A program made the position numbers and the translations under genes. Positions 14,186 to 28,197 of a stretch of 64,000 nucleotides of DNA are shown here, piece by piece. The notes beneath the pieces were generated by a model. It made no database searches. It was not told the origin of the DNA and was given only the letters and a program-made list of their open reading frames with translations. Each line of letters starts with the position of its first letter. Positions within the stretch are counted from its first letter, which is position 1. The stretch is from Centroscyllium fabricii (Eukaryota), in the NCBI GenBank assembly GCA_051313645.2, contig JBNRSN020000020.1, positions 52,452,001 through 52,516,000 of the forward strand. Reading direction: 5' to 3'.

Positions 14186-15954
14186 ATAGTATATCCAAAG
14201 GCGGCCAACTCCATCCTCCAGAGTTGAATTTTATTATTTTTGATTTTGGTGCGCTTCTGGTTATCCAACATTTAGGCCATGGAATGCTGGTCAGTTCTGA
14301 GTGTAAACTGATGACGAGCAAGAAAATTACTCCATTGGACCACAGCTTCGATGATGGCTGTGGCCGGGGGGTAATGGAGCTCGCTACCCTGCAAGGTTCA
14401 GGATAGGAATGCCACAGGTTGTCTACCTTAATTCAGGGTAGCCGAAATCGCTACCTCTGATGCATCACACTCGACCACAAAGGGAAGGTTCTCGTCAATA
14501 GAGCGAAGCGTGGCTTTCTCCAGCTGCCGTTTGAGGAGGTTGAAGGCTGAAATAGTCGTTGCGTCTAATGGAAAGGACTTCGCATGAAGCAGGGGTTTTA
14601 TTTTATCAGAGAAGTGAGATAAATACTTTGCGTAATAAGCAAACATGCCAAGTGCCTGACGAAGTGCGCCGAGATTTGTAGGAGGAGGGAGCTCCTGAAG
14701 TAGACGAAGTCGCTCTGGGTCTGGTTTAATGACACTATTGCCCACCCACTAGCCAAGAACCTTAACCGATGGCACCGATTACACCGATTTAGGTTCGTTT
14801 AACGTTAAGTGGCGACGGCGGAGAACGTTACAAAATTTCCGAAGGTTGGCGTCGTGCTCCTTCTGATCATGGCTGGCAATAGTGATATTGTCCAAATACG
14901 GAAAACTATCCGTCAAGTTCTCTTGCCTGACCAATCCATCCATAGCTCATTGAAAGACATTGGTGACCCCAAATGGAAGGCGATGAAAGTGATAAAGCCG
15001 ACCACTGGCCTCAAAGGCCGTATACTTCTTGTCTGAGTCTTTCAGTGGTACCTGATGGTATGCACTTTTCAAATCAAAGGTTGAGAATACCTTGTATTTG
15101 GCAAGGTTGTTGACCATATCATCTATGCGTGGAAGTGGGTAGGCTTCCAGATCAGTACATTGGTTGAGAGTCTGCGAGTAGTCGATACACAGGTGTTTTT
15201 TATGTTGTTTTAAAGGGTTCTTCAGAACGACGACTTGAGCCCGCCAGGGCGACGAACATGGCTCAATGATTCCGGCAGCTAAGAGGCGAGAGATTTCTGC
15301 CCCGATAAATGCTCGATCATCCTGGCTGAAACGCTGTGATCTGGTGACTATGGGTTTACAGCGGGGGAGAGGGGGGAGATTGGAAAATATGGAGGTCTCG
15401 CCGAGCAAGGCCGCCTAAAGTGCACAAAACGGTGCCTTAGAAATAGTAAGCTCCGGCCTCGACCCTCTAAACTCAAAAGTGAGTCTTTTGTGCTGCTTCT
15501 GGAAATCTTGTCCCAGAAGTACATCACTGCATAAATCTTCGAGTATTCCAAGCCGGGTGGAGGAATAGGTGCGGCCATTGAGGATGAAAGTGACAAGACA
15601 GAATCCAGATTAATTGGTAGTCAGAGTCGTCAAAGCCATTGCAATCTCTCTATCTGAGGGATAAATATGCAGTTTTAACCTGCAGACAGCCCGCTTACTG
15701 ATGAAGCTGTCAGAGCTGCAGGAGTCAATTAACACACTCAGAGTGACCGAAACCATCGTGACTGCATAGGACAGACTTTGTGGAAAAACAGCTGTGCTGG
15801 GGGAGGGGCAATTTTATCCTCAGCAGCTGTAGCCGTAGTGTTTCTTGGGGGAGGAGCAGTTCCATAGAGGGCAGCTGTGAAGCTGACAGGAGCTCTCGAC
15901 CGGTATACTCTGGGGGAGCGGCCTTTCTTGTTAGCAGAGGATTTCGACTGGCAT

Positions 15955-16835
15955 ACCTGTATTGCTTTACTTAGCCACGGATGGCTGTTTTTTCTTTCAC
16001 GCCCCTTTTTACTTAATGGAATATATTTTTCTTGAAAGTTCAGAAATATCTCCTTGAATGTACACCACTGCTCATTTACCGTCCGACATTTTAATCTATT
16101 TCCCCAGTCCACTTTAGTTAACTCTGCTCTCATACTATCATAGTCTCCTTTATTTAAGCTTGTAACGCTGGTTTGAGATCCAACTCTCTCAACCTCCAAC
16201 TGTATTTGGAATTCAACCATGTTATGGTCACTCATACCAAGGGGATCCTTTACTAGGAAATTATTTATTAATCCTTTCTCATTACACAGGATCAGATCTA
16301 AGATTTTCTGCCCCCTGGTCGGTTCAGTTACATACTGCTCAAGGAACCCATCCCTAATGCACTCTATGAACTCCTCCTCGAGGTTGCCCTGCCCAATTTG
16401 ATTTGTCCAGTCAATATGAAAGTTAAAATCCCCCATGATTATAGCCGTTCCCTTATTACAAGCTCCAATTATTTCCTGATTTATACTCTGATCAACAGAG
16501 TTGGAACTGTTAGGAAGTCTATAGACCACACCCACTAGTGACTTTTTCCCTTTCTTATTCCTTATCTCAACCCAAACTGTTTCACTATCTTGATCCTTTG
16601 ATCCAAAATAATTTCTCACTATTGCAGTGATTCCATCTTTTATTAACATAGCTACCCCACCTCCCTTTCCTTCCTGTCTGTCCTTCCTAATTGTCAAATA
16701 CCCCTGGATGTTTAGTTCCCAGTCATGGTCACCTTGCAGCCATGTTTCTGTAATGGCCACCAGATCATACCCATGTGTAGTTATCTGTACCCTCAACTCA
16801 TCTATTTTGTTACGAATATTGCGTGCATTCAGATA
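15955..16835 (-). mobile_element. CR1 endonuclease fragment inserted in Gypsy gag
   Basis: YLNARNIRNK, AITETWL, GGGVA, MGDFN, LDLIL, SDHNMV motifs inside chimeric ORF 15738-16895. Confidence 0.85.
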
Positions 16836-18943
16836 TATAATCATATATAATAATATATAATCATATACGTGAGGGGACACGTAGTTGATAAGCATTCATA
16901 ACTTAATAGAGGCATCTGCCCCACATTCTTCAAGAAAGTTGCCAAAAGTACAAAACCAATGCTTCCATTCTTTTGCTGCTGCAGGCGCATTCAGGTCCAG
17001 GTCGAGATGGGTGGGTCTCAAGAGTTTTTCCATGATGGATCAATTTCCTGGCCAGATTCCTTGTCTGAATCACCCAAAGTATGGAGGCGATACTTAGTCG
17101 AATACATTGGTGTAATAAAGACTTACTACGCTCTTGGTTGAATATAAAGCAAGGCTTTATTCAACTTACAACAAAACATAGAGAGAGCTAGTTAGCAGTC
17201 ACTAGCTTCCAGGTTTCAGATTGTCTCCGGCCAAGGTGGCCCCATGCCCGAGTATTTATATTCCTTGGATGGCGCCCTGAGCTGGCGGTCCAGTAACACT
17301 TCCTGAGTTATTTCTAGAGTCGTGATTTATGACACCCATCGCTCCTCAAGAGATGTAATTCTATTCTGAACACTCACCATGTGTTCCATACCCTGGTGAC
17401 CTATCTCCTCCATGGCCATAGCCATCCTCTCAATGACTGCAGCCATCCTTTCCATGGAGGTTGCCATCCTTTCCATGGTGATGGGTTCATGTGCCAATGA
17501 CTCCACAAAGGCTTTGCTCATGTTTGCTATGGACTCCTCCATTCGCTCCACACTCGCAGCGACCCTGGAAACAAAACCTGACAGAGACTCCTGTATCTGT
17601 GAATGGAGTTCCATCACCTCTGATCTTTCAGATGGACCAAGATGCAGAGCATCGACATGCAGCTGAGCCAAGATTGCAGAGTCCTGCACCCTCTGACTAG
17701 GACTCTCCACTGCTATCCCTGTCTCCACAATCTGCTGATGCTCACTTATGAGCTGTGATACACCAGGTGACAACACTACTCTATGTCCCAAAGGTCCCAC
17801 TGAGGTGTGCATGTCTGCGCTGATGCTGGGTGCGCTGAATTCTGCTGACGCTGCACCCTCAGAGGTTGGAGCTTCCTCTGAGGAGTCTGGCTGCTCAGCC
17901 TCTTCCTCCTCCACAGTGGGGGTGGGGGCTCTTTATGGTCCTGTGGGGGAGTAAAGGAAAGAGTTAGAGATGTGATGCCAAGGTCACATGCACATTGCAT
18001 TTTGCAGATGATCGTAAGTCCATACGATGTAGCTTCAGAATCATTATCTGCAAGTCATGCGATGTCACTGAGAGAGATGGAAAACGATTGTCACCAGCTT
18101 GCAAGGATGCACCTCTCTCTCCTTCCCCAACTTTCAGAGACGCATCATCATCGACAATTTCCATGACTCCTTCCACCCTGGGGGTGAGGTGGGCCAATTT
18201 GTCACTGTTGTCTGGTGCTTTGTTCAGGTGAATGATCTAAGCTTCTGTAAGCTCTGCTGCCCAAAAACTGCACCAGCCCTTGTCTGAGTTTGCATTGAGT
18301 CATGAATCCCAAACCTTGGCCAGCCTAAACACTCTGGTGATTCACCCATGTTTCATAGCACCAAATTCAGCTCTTAATGAATAGAATTCTTGATGCTTGG
18401 AAGTCACAGTTTCAGAAGTTCAGGAGCAATATTTCAAGATGCACAAAACAAGGTGTGGATGTCAATCTTTACAATTGGCCACCACAAGAGGGGGTTAATA
18501 TAAAACTGGTTACATACAGCAGTACAGTAGAACAAAAGTAGTTTGAATGCAATAGTGTGAATAGACTGCCTCACATTAACACAAACTATAGCTTCTGCTA
18601 CATTCTATTCCTAGAAGGTTCCCCCTTTAGTGCAGTAATACTCGTTAAATACTGTGACATCACCCCTCACCCCTCTTCCCCACACACAAACAAACACCCA
18701 CCTGCCTCAGCTCATTTGCTGCTGAAACTCTCGTCCAAGCGTTTGTTAACTCTAAACTCAACTATTACAATGGTCGCTTGGCTGGCCTCCCAACCTCCAC
18801 CCTCCATAAGCTTGAGCTCATCCAAAAGTGCGCTGCCCATAACCTAACTTGCATTAAGTCCCGTTCACCCATCACACCTGTGTTTGCTTACCTACACTGG
18901 CTCCCAGTCTGGCAGTGACTCAATTCTAATATTCTCTTCCTTA

Positions 18944-19505
18944 AGGAAAAAAATTGGGTTGCTTTGCACCTCCTGTTAGCGCCCCGAGGGGCTGCTAGTG
19001 GGGCACAAATCAACTAGTGCTTAAGCATGGCCCCACTAACGCCTCCCACGTAATTCAGCAGGAGGTTAGCGGTGGCAGTAGCGGCTCCTCCGGCGATGAC
19101 GTCATCGACGTGCACAGTGCCCCGCCCGCACCCCAGCTGCAAACTTCGCTAGCACCCCCTGATCTACCGCCAAGTGCCGTGTTTGCGGCCATGGCATCGC
19201 AAATTAAAAGGCAGGTGATGGGCAGCAATATTCTTTTGGGCCACCTGCCAGCACCACCTCCCTTTCGCATCCTCCTGCGTGGTACCAGCTGCGATCGGTC
19301 AGTCTGGCACTCCTCTTGAGTGTCGGTCTCTTTTGCCAGCACTCTGCAAGCCGGTGATCTGGCTGGGCCCCGGTGCACACTGCGCTAGGCCCCTTCCCTT
19401 TAATCAAGGAGGGAGGCCTGCAGTATCGTGGTGCTGTTGCACATAGCACCGCAATATTGAACGGTAGCATCCCAAGAGGGAGGGGGAGCGATCAAATTTA
19501 TCCCC
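18944..19505. mobile_element. Harbinger-type MITE
   Basis: Start ggaaaaaaattgggttgctttgcacctcctgttagcgcc is shared with 27512 and 54343; end atcaaatttatcccc. Confidence 0.6.
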
Positions 19506-19560
19506 CAAAGTTCATATCTCTGCATAGCCTTACCCCGCCTATCTCTGTAACCTCCTCCAA

Positions 19561-20330
19561 GAACATAAGCACATAAGAAATAGGAGCAGGAGTAGGCCAA
19601 TCGGCCCCTCGAGCCCACTCCACCATTCAATAAGATCATGGCTGATCCTACCCTAACATCCTTCCCACTATCACCCTTCATCCCACCCAAAAAACCATGT
19701 GATCTCCTGGGAGAGGCGAAAAACCGGATAAAAACCCAGGCCAATTTGGGAAACAAATCCTGGAAATTCCTCTCCGACCCCAATCTAGGCGATTGAAACT
19801 TTCCAGGAGATCACTCAGGTCTTACTATACTAACAATAGCTCAGGTCCACTTCCCTGCCTGCTCCCCGTAACCCCTAATTCCCTTGTCTGCTAAAAAACA
19901 GTCTATTTCCATTTTAAATTTATTTAACGTTCCCGCTTCCACAGCTCCCTGAGGCAGCGAATTCCATAGATTAACCACCCTCTGAGTGAAGAAGTTTCTC
20001 CTCATCTCAGTTTTAAAAGAGCCCCCCCTTATTCTAAGACTATGCCCCCTAGTTCTGGTCTCCCCGATCATTGGAAACATCTTTAGCGCATCCACCTGAT
20101 CAAGGCCCCTCACGATCTTATACGTTTCAATAAGATCGCCTCTCATTCTTCTGAACTCTAATGAGTAAAGTCCCAACCTACTTAACCTTTCCTCATATGT
20201 CAACCCCCTCATCCCTGGAATTAACCGTGTAAACCTTCTCTGCACTGCTTCCAGAGCAAGTACATCCTTTCTTAAATATGGACACCAAAACTGCACACAG
20301 TATTCCAAATGCGGTCTCACCAATACTCTA
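19561..20330 (-). mobile_element. CR1 LINE 3' end
   Basis: LVRPHLEYCVQFWCP..NFFTQRVVNLWNSLP; 3' tail as at 1905. Confidence 0.88.
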
Positions 20331-21044
20331 CGAGAGCTCTGCGCTCCTCCAATTCTGTCCTCTTGTGCATCCCAGATTTTCATCGCTCCCTCATTGTCAG
20401 CTGTGCCTTCAGCTGCCCAGGCCCTAAGTTCCGCAATTTCCTCCCTAAAGCTCCACACCTCTCTACCTCTCTCTCCTCCTTTAAGTCACTCCTTAAAACC
20501 TATCTCTTTGACCAAGCTTTTGGTCACCCATCCTAATATTTCGTTATGCCTCTAACGCCGTGATTTTGCATACAGAGGCAGGCTCAGTGCGGCTGAGGTG
20601 GTAGATTAAGACCCCGTCGACTCCATCCTGCTCTGTGAGAAGAATTTTCCATTGTTTGGGCTTGTTAAGCCCACCCTGCGAGATTCCCAACCAATTAAAA
20701 GGAAGTGGGCCTGATGACATCATTTGATGTTGTGTTAACATCCGGTTTCCTTAAAGGGACCATGGCCACATTGATTTTGACAATTGTATTGTCAGTGTTC
20801 TACAGCATTGAGGTGCTGGGAGTGATTTCAGAAGTTGGTAAATCTGTACAAGGTTTGCGAAGTTTATTTATTTATTTAGAGAGTTTAAGTTAAAAATAAA
20901 TTAAATTAATTAATTAAAAGTAGTGTGAAGAAAACCGGAAGTTGATTCTGGCTTTAAAAAGGGGCAGGACATAGTGTGACCAGTGCTGAGAGCTGGGAGT
21001 GATTTCAGAAGTTGATAAATCTGTACAAATTGTGAAGTTAGTAT

Positions 21045-21495
21045 GCAGGAAGGTGATCAGGAAGGCCAACGGAATGTTGGATTTTATTGTTAAGGGGATT
21101 GAGTATAAAAGCAGGGAGGTTTTGCTGCAGTTGTACAGGGTATTGGTGAGACCACAACTGCAGTACTGCGTGCAGTTCTGGTGTCCATATTTAAGAAAGG
21201 ACATACTTGCTCACAAGGCAGTGCAAAGAAGGCTCACTAGGTTAATTCCGGGGATGAGGGGGCTGACATATGACGAGAGGTTGAGTAGATTGGGCCTCTA
21301 CTCATTGGAGTTCAGAAGAATGAGAGGCGATCTTATTGAAACATATAAGATTGTGAAAGGGCTTGATTGGGTGGATGCGGTGAGGATGTTCCCAATGGTG
21401 GGTGAAATTAGGACTCGGGTGCTTAATCTTAAAATAAGTGGCTGCCATTTCAAAACTGAGAGGGGGAGAAACTTCTTCACTCAGAGGGTGGTGGG
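21045..21495 (+). mobile_element. CR1 LINE RT C-terminal fragment cut by a Gypsy LTR
   Basis: ORF 20999-21559 KANGML..LVRPQLQYCVQFW..NFFTQRVV. Confidence 0.85.
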
Positions 21496-24400
21496 TATTG
21501 TATTTAAGTCTTTCTACTTAATGAGATGCCTCAAATCAAAGACGGCAGCGAGTTCTTAAATAAGTGGCTTTTATCAACAAGGAACAGAACCGAGTCCCCG
21601 ATGAGCCTGCCTGGAATGAGAGATAAGTGGGTGGAGCATTCTCCTTTATCCTAGTACCCAGAGGCAGGGTCAGCCGGTACAGGTCCTTACAGAAAGGTAC
21701 AGATATTAACAGATATATAACAAACACATTAAACAAAACTATATACAATAACCATACAGTGTGAACACACCAAAAGGTTCATCACACTTAAACACGAAGA
21801 TAATTCAAACTACAGAGCTGTAAAAAGCTGTCTAGTTTAATCAACTGTTAAAAGAGAAAGTGAAAGTAAAACGTAAAAGAACCTCATGGCTGTGCAGTGC
21901 TGTAGCAGCGCCACCACAGGTGGGAGGATAACACATACATACACATCATACATAACATATTCCTCCCCCCTTAAATAAAATGTCCCCATTATTCCTTAAC
22001 AAGTAAATTTCATCCAATGCACTCAATTAACTAAGGGTAGAGGTAGACTGCCTCAAACCCTGACTTTATCCTGGGGTTTATTCTGCCCCATTCTTGTGGA
22101 TAAGTCACTAAGCATACATATCCAAGCATCTTTGAGGCCGCCGCTCTCTGATAGGATACCAGCGGGCATCGCTGGCGTCAACAGCAGTAGACATTGACAC
22201 AGGACTGGATGGAGAAGGTGCCTGTGTTAGTCAAATGTCAGGAGTTTGTACAGGTGGAACAGTCTCTTTGACTTCCTGTGTTGGAGAAGAGTACTGTGCA
22301 GAAGGATGCTGGTTTGTGGTGTCATCCGGAAAACGTTCAGGCCGATCAGCCTTTTTAGCCTCGGTGGCTGTCTCTGCTCCTAGCAACAGTTGATCAGTGT
22401 GGCTTCTCCAGATGACGTCCTCAGCAGTCTCAATCGTGTACGACACAGGGCTTGTCTGCGTGATCACCGTAGCAGGAACCCATTTCTGTCCAGTGTTGTA
22501 GTTTCGAGCTAAGACTTGCCCTTCAGGGTGAAACCGTCACTCCTTGGCTCTTATCTCCCTTCTTTCAACTTGAGCTTGTTGTTGACGTTGGACAACCTGC
22601 ACTATCCTTGGAGGTTTGAGTAAGTCAAAACTTGTCCGCAACTGCCTCTTCATCATGAGCGAAGCGGGGGAAGTTTTGGTTGTGGCATGCGGCTCGTTCC
22701 TGTAGGACAACAGGAATCTGTTGAGACGTTGGTGGATTGAACCCTGACCTTGCGAGCCTTCAAGTTGTGCTTCAAGTTTTGCATGAACCTTTCTGCCAGG
22801 CCATTAGTAGAGGGATGATAGGGCGCAGACCAAATGTGTTGGACACCATTCACTTGCAGGAAAGTTGCAAACTCCTGTGACACAAATTGTGGACTGTTGT
22901 CACTTATGAGTTGCTCTGCTGAGCAATAAAGGCTGAACATCTCACCGAGTTTCTCAATTGTTTTCTCTGCCGTGGTAGACCTCATCACAGCGACCTTCGG
23001 CCACTTGCTGCGAGCATCCACAACCACTATAAACATCTTCTCTTCGAAAGGACCGGCGAAGTCCACATGTACGCGCTGCCACACTTTTTCAGGCCAATCC
23101 CAGGGGTGTAAGGGTGCCAGCTGTGAAACATTCCTGACCCTTTGACAAGGGGAACATGCTTTGGCCTTCTCCTCAATGTTTCCATCGAGACCTGGCCAAC
23201 AGAAATAGCTTTTGGCCATATCCTTCATCCGAACCATTCCACTGTGGCCTGCATGAAATTGTTGCAGTACAGGTTTCCTCAGAGGTGGCGGAATGATGAC
23301 ACGGTGTCCCAAGAGAAGACAATCTGCCTGGACGGAGAGCACATTTCGTTTTGAAATGTAAGGTTTCAACTGAGGAGAATCTCCTATAGCTCTCCCTCGA
23401 ATGCCATTGTCCATTACCTCAGACAGAACTGGATCGTTGCGGGTGTACCTTCGCACCTGAACTGCAGTGACAGGTGCTCCCTCAACTTGTCTGAAGTAGA
23501 AGGTGTCTATCTGATGAGGCTCTGGGTGAGTAACAGGCAAGGGCAGCCTTGAGAGACCGTCTGTGTTGCCATGCAATTCTGATTTACGATATTTGATGTT
23601 GTATGTGTGTCCTGACAACATCAAAGCCCATCTTGCCACCCTGCTTGCAGCGAGAGATGGAAATCCGGTGTGGGGCCCAAAGATTGATGTCAAGGAATGA
23701 TGGTCCATCAGGAGTGTGAACCTTCTCCCAAACAAGTACTGGTGAAATTTTCAAATTCCAAAAACGATTCCCAATGCCTCACGCTCAATCTGTGCATAGT
23801 TACTCTCAGCCTTGTTCAAGGTGCGTGATGCGAAGGCGATAGGTTGCTCTTCACCAGAAGGCATGATGTGAGATATGACTGCTCCCACCCCATATGGTGA
23901 TGCATCACATGCTAGCTGCAAGGATAGCTTTGGGACGAAGTGTGTCAGGACCTCCGACTTCAGCAATGTATATTTGCTTGGGCGAAAGTTTCATTGCACA
24001 GCGCAGTCCATTTCCATGTTTTGCCTTGACATAGCAACTGGTGTAACAGCTTCAGCAATGTTGCTAAGTTTGGAATAAACTTTCCATAATAGTTAAGTAG
24101 CCCCAGGAATGAACGTAACTGGCTCACATTCTGGAGTGTTGGGGCCTCCACGATCTCCTTGACCTTTGATGACACCTTGTGCAGGCCAGTAGCGTCAATC
24201 ACATGCCCCAGGTACTCAACAGAAGACTGAAAGAATTCACATTTGTCCTACGAACTCTGAGTCCGTACTCTTTCAGTCGCTGTAGTGTCGCATTCAAATT
24301 CAGAAGATGATCCTCCTCATTTGCTCCAGTGACAAGGATGTCATCCATGTAGCACTGGATTCCTGGCAATCCACTCAAAATTTGCTCCATTGCCCTTTGG

Positions 24401-25620
24401 AATAGAGCAGGGGCCGACGTAATTCCAAATGGAAGGCGGTAGTACCTGTATAGCCCCTTGTGTGTCACAATTATCAGCAGCTCCTTTGATTTGTCATCTA
24501 CATGCATTTGTAGATAAGCCTGGCATAAGTCGATTTTGCTGAACATTTGCCCTCCAGCCAGGCCCGTAAAGAGATCACCAATGACGGGAAACATAGAAAC
24601 ATAGAAACATAGAAGATAGGAGCAGGAGTAGGCCATTCGGCCCTTCGAGCCTGCTCCGCCATGCAATGAGATCATGGCTGATCATCCAAACCCAGGAAGA
24701 GGGTAGTGTTCCACCAACAGCACCGGGTTAATAGTCACTTTAAAATCCCTGCAGATTCGAATAGATCCCTCCTTTTTTTAGGACAGGAACAATGGGTGTA
24801 GCCCATTTGATCACGCTCACAGGCTCCAGGACTCCCTTCTTGACTAAAGCCTCCACATTAGCCTCAACCTTTGGCCTAATTGCATAGGGTACAGTTCGGG
24901 CTTTGTGAAACTGCGGCTTGCTGTCAGGTTTAATGTTCAGTCTCACATTGATCTTTTTCATGCTTCCAAGTTCCCCATTGAAGAGTTCTGCATGTTTGTT
25001 TAAAACTGCAGTCAGACCTGACTCCCCTTTTGACATCATGCGGACTGCAGGCCAGTCCAGCGTGATTTTCTCTAGCCCCGTACGTCCCAGTAGAGATGCG
25101 TAATTTCCCTTAACCACATATAGTGTCAGTTTCGCAGTCTGTCCATTCAATTTAACTGTCACCTCCATGATGCCTCTCATGGCCACCGGTTCGCCGGTAT
25201 ACGTCTTTAGCACAATGTTTGTTGGCTGAAGGGTAATATGCTTTAACATTTTGTTGTAGACAGTGTCTGAAACAAGGGACACAGCCAGGCCTGTGTCCAT
25301 CTCCATCTGCACTGATTGTCCCTCCACCAGCGATGACATCCAGGAATCATTTGGGCCACCTGCAACCATCAATATGTGCACCTGCTCATCCTCAGAGGTG
25401 TCGCTCCCCTCTGCTCTGCTTATTCCGTCACGCTGCACTGAATGAACACTCTCTTTCTTCTTTTGTCCAAATGTAGACATTTTGTTTTTGTGCTTCCCAG
25501 CTCTGTCTGTTCCTTTTTTACCTCTACAGACACGTTCGATGTGACCATTTTTGCCACAGTTTCGGCATTCCAGCTCCATACCCCAGCAGTCATTAGCGTA
25601 ATGGCCCGTTTTCCCACAAC
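21496..25620 (-). mobile_element. 5'-truncated decayed Ty3/Gypsy element
   Basis: 3' LTR ~21496-21957 next to PPT (cctcccccc). Integrase 22653-23735 (HAGHSGMVRMK, HVDFAGP, SDN, PSTNGLAERF); RNase H (CDASPYG); RT (YMDDILV); protease (MDTG); Gag knuckle CRNCGKNGHIERVC. Confidence 0.9.
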
Positions 25621-25883
25621 ATTTTTTTTAATTTTTTTTTTATTGCTTTGGTTACTTTTTGTTTTTCATACAGCATGTGCAACATTTGACCTCTTGTGAC
25701 CCCACCTCATTGTTCTTTGATGGAATGTTTTGCTGACTGACCTGTTTGGACACCATTTACACCTTTGATTGCGGTGATTATCTTTCTGCCGAGGTGTGAT
25801 AAAGAGCAGTTGGAAAGATTACCTGTAATCATCTGGCAATGTTCTTTGACTATATATGCTGTGCCTATATGCATTTCTTCACT

Positions 25884-25970
25884 TCACCTGATGAAGGAGC
25901 AGTGCTCCGAAAGCTTGTGGTTTCAAATAAAATTGTTGGACTATAACCTGATGTTGTGTGACTTCTTACA
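25884..25970 (+). ncRNA. Minimal hammerhead ribozyme motif in a Penelope-type terminal repeat fragment
   Basis: CAC-CTGATGA-A-GGAGC agt GCTCC-GAAA-GCTT-GTG: both core boxes, 5-bp helix II, palindromic AAGCTT helix III, CAC/GTG helix I. Confidence 0.65.
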
Positions 25971-27511
25971 ACTATTCAAAGGAATGGAGTGTCATTGACA
26001 GCCCAACCTACTTACCTAACGTGATCCTCGAGAACCGTGAAACTCATCAAAAAGCTGGAAAAATGTTAAGTGCATGGCCAAATGATGTGTAAGTACCTTT
26101 TAACAAGCTCTTAAGTGTCTGAAATTGGCTCACCCGCCGCTTGGTGTCAGGTCTGTAAAGCGCAGAGAGACCCGACGCTTGGGAAACTGGCATGGAGGCG
26201 GGTTGACAGCAGGAAAACGACCCGCTGTCAAGCTTTTTGATGTTGACAGCGGACCCGTCTCTGAAACTGCCCTCTAAGCATCGGCAAAAGTCCGGCCTTA
26301 GTGTCAAATTTAGTCTGATAAACACTCCTATAAAGTGCATTGGGGTGTTTTACTATGTTAAAGGTGCTATATACATGAAAGTTGTTGTTGTTGAATGGGG
26401 AGAATGTTGGAGGAATAACCCTCCCATTTTCTATTAATAGAGGGTGAAAAAGGACAAAGAGACGCACATGAAAGTCAATCAATCCAGTTAGATCTTGGAA
26501 GAGAGCTCAGCCTAGTGAAGTAAAGCTCACTTATCTTGAGGGCTGATCAGAATCAGAAGGTTGAGCAGGAAAATGTTGCGTTGTCCCTCTAAGATAAGAG
26601 AGTGTAGTATGCTTTTCTATATTATTCAAGAGGAAGATTTTGAAAGTAAATTAAGTGAGTTTTAATTATAATAGCAACCCTGTGCATTCACTGTAAAATT
26701 AAGTGGCTTAATGAATTGTAGCTGGCCTTGTCTCACTAAAATGGTTTTGTCTGCCTACTGAAAGATTGAAGACGCATGTGCTAGCCTCTGTGAAAGACAT
26801 GATATCCAGTTCAGATCACATTATGCTATTGTATGATTAGTTATCGGCTCTCTCCTAAACATAAAGTGCATGCACTAGTTACAGAAGTTACCAGCACCAT
26901 TGCACCCAAGAGAATATCTAAGACAGACCCAAAATTTATAGTTTTAGGCTGTGGAGCACAATTTAGCTGATTCTTCCCTCACCTGCCATCCATACGAACA
27001 GGAATAGCATGATCCACCATTCAATTCGATCTTGGCTGACCTGTATCTTATCTCTATCTGCCTGCCTTGGCTCCGTAACCCTTAATACACTTGCCCAACA
27101 AAAATCTATCAATCTCAGTTTTCAAATTTTCAATTGACCTAATCTCAGCAGCTTTTGGGGCAAGCAAGTTCCAGATATACCCTTTCCTGACAAGATTTCT
27201 TTATAGAAGTCAAGGGTGGGAATTCTAGTTAATTTATTCCATCCCATTCTGTAGCCCAGGGAAACTTAGGCCAATTGTCGTATTGACACTGCTGCCACAG
27301 TTGAGATCAAATGATTCCTGATATCCCCAACCCCATCACATCATGTTTTTACTCACAGAATTCTCTCCATTCCCATGGACCTTTCAGTGATTTATTATTC
27401 AAGATTTTTAATGAATAAATTACATAATATCAAATTACCAGAAGTAAAACAGCATAGAATAAACAGTATGATAGCAAGTGACAGAGAATTTCAATTCATT
27501 GCATAATAGTA

Positions 27512-28197
27512 GGGGTAAAATTGAGTGCCTTTGCGCCTCCTGTTAGTGCTGCCAGGCGCGGCGCTGACATCGACTCCCGTCATATTCGGCGGGAGTTTTG
27601 CGGCGGCGCTGTGCCCCGATCTCCTTCACCCGGAGATCGTGACGTCATCGCCGTGCGCATCGCGCCGGTAGCATCCCGGACCCAAAATTGACATCCGCCC
27701 ACTGCAGCAGCGCCGGTAGAAAAACACCGACAGCTGCAGGAGGCGTACATCGGGTGGCCAGCTGCCGGCCGGATGATTAAAGGCGAGTTGGCCGAGGTAA
27801 GTGAAAAAAATGTTTACCTTTCCTGTTCTAGTTTTTTGCAGGGGTTCCTGCCCACGATCGATCCGCCCGGCACTCTGCTTGAGCACCGGGGCTGATCGCA
27901 CGGGATCATGGCTGCCTTGGTGGTCCAGGTAGGTACTTTTTTAAATTGCAGAGCCTGCAGCGATGGCCCTTCCCTTTTAGGAAGGGAAGGAGCCTTTGAA
28001 CGTGGCAGCGCGCTGCTGAAGTCTCCGCACTGCTCTCTGACATTACTAAGAAGGAAGTGGAGTGCCTGATTTAGCGCTCCACTTCCCTCTTGGGGTGCTA
28101 AAACTCAATTTTGCGGTCTCTGGCGGTAATTAGCGCTAAAGTTAACGCCCAGGCGATGTTAGCACCCCAAAATGGTCGATAACGAATTTTACCCCCA
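27512..28197. mobile_element. Harbinger-type MITE
   Basis: TIR GGGGTAAAATT / AATTTTACCCC; CpG-rich interior. Confidence 0.7.

Larger units (their letters stand above)
12308..17334 (-). mobile_element. Full-length decayed Ty3/Gypsy LTR retrotransposon
   Basis: LTRs 12308-12526 and 17108-17334 (~220 bp); CCCAT 5-bp TSD; PPT at ~12527-12540. Gag starts ~17033 (MEKLLRPTHLDLD). RT 14947-15408 (CIDYSQTLN, DLKSAYHQ, LPFGVTN), RNase H (VECDASEVAI), integrase (HPGITRM..C..C, SIDFKGPLP). Confidence 0.92.
9820..18230. mobile_element. Decayed two-gene Harbinger (transposase +, Myb-like gene -), interrupted by a Gypsy element
   Basis: TIR-like GGGGTCAATTTTCCC at 9820; Myb-gene 3' part at 11870-12300 continues at 17335-18230 across the Gypsy TSD; homologous to 33705-37609. 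Confidence 0.75.

Noticed and set aside
15738-16895. 385-aa ORF looking like a Gag-endonuclease fusion
   Set aside because: Chance in-frame junction of a CR1 endonuclease fragment inside a decayed Gypsy gag; both parents are broken.
26631-26654. Possible 24-nt microexon (aag|..|gtgagt)
   Set aside because: Weak acceptor and no recognisable protein; cannot be supported without transcripts.
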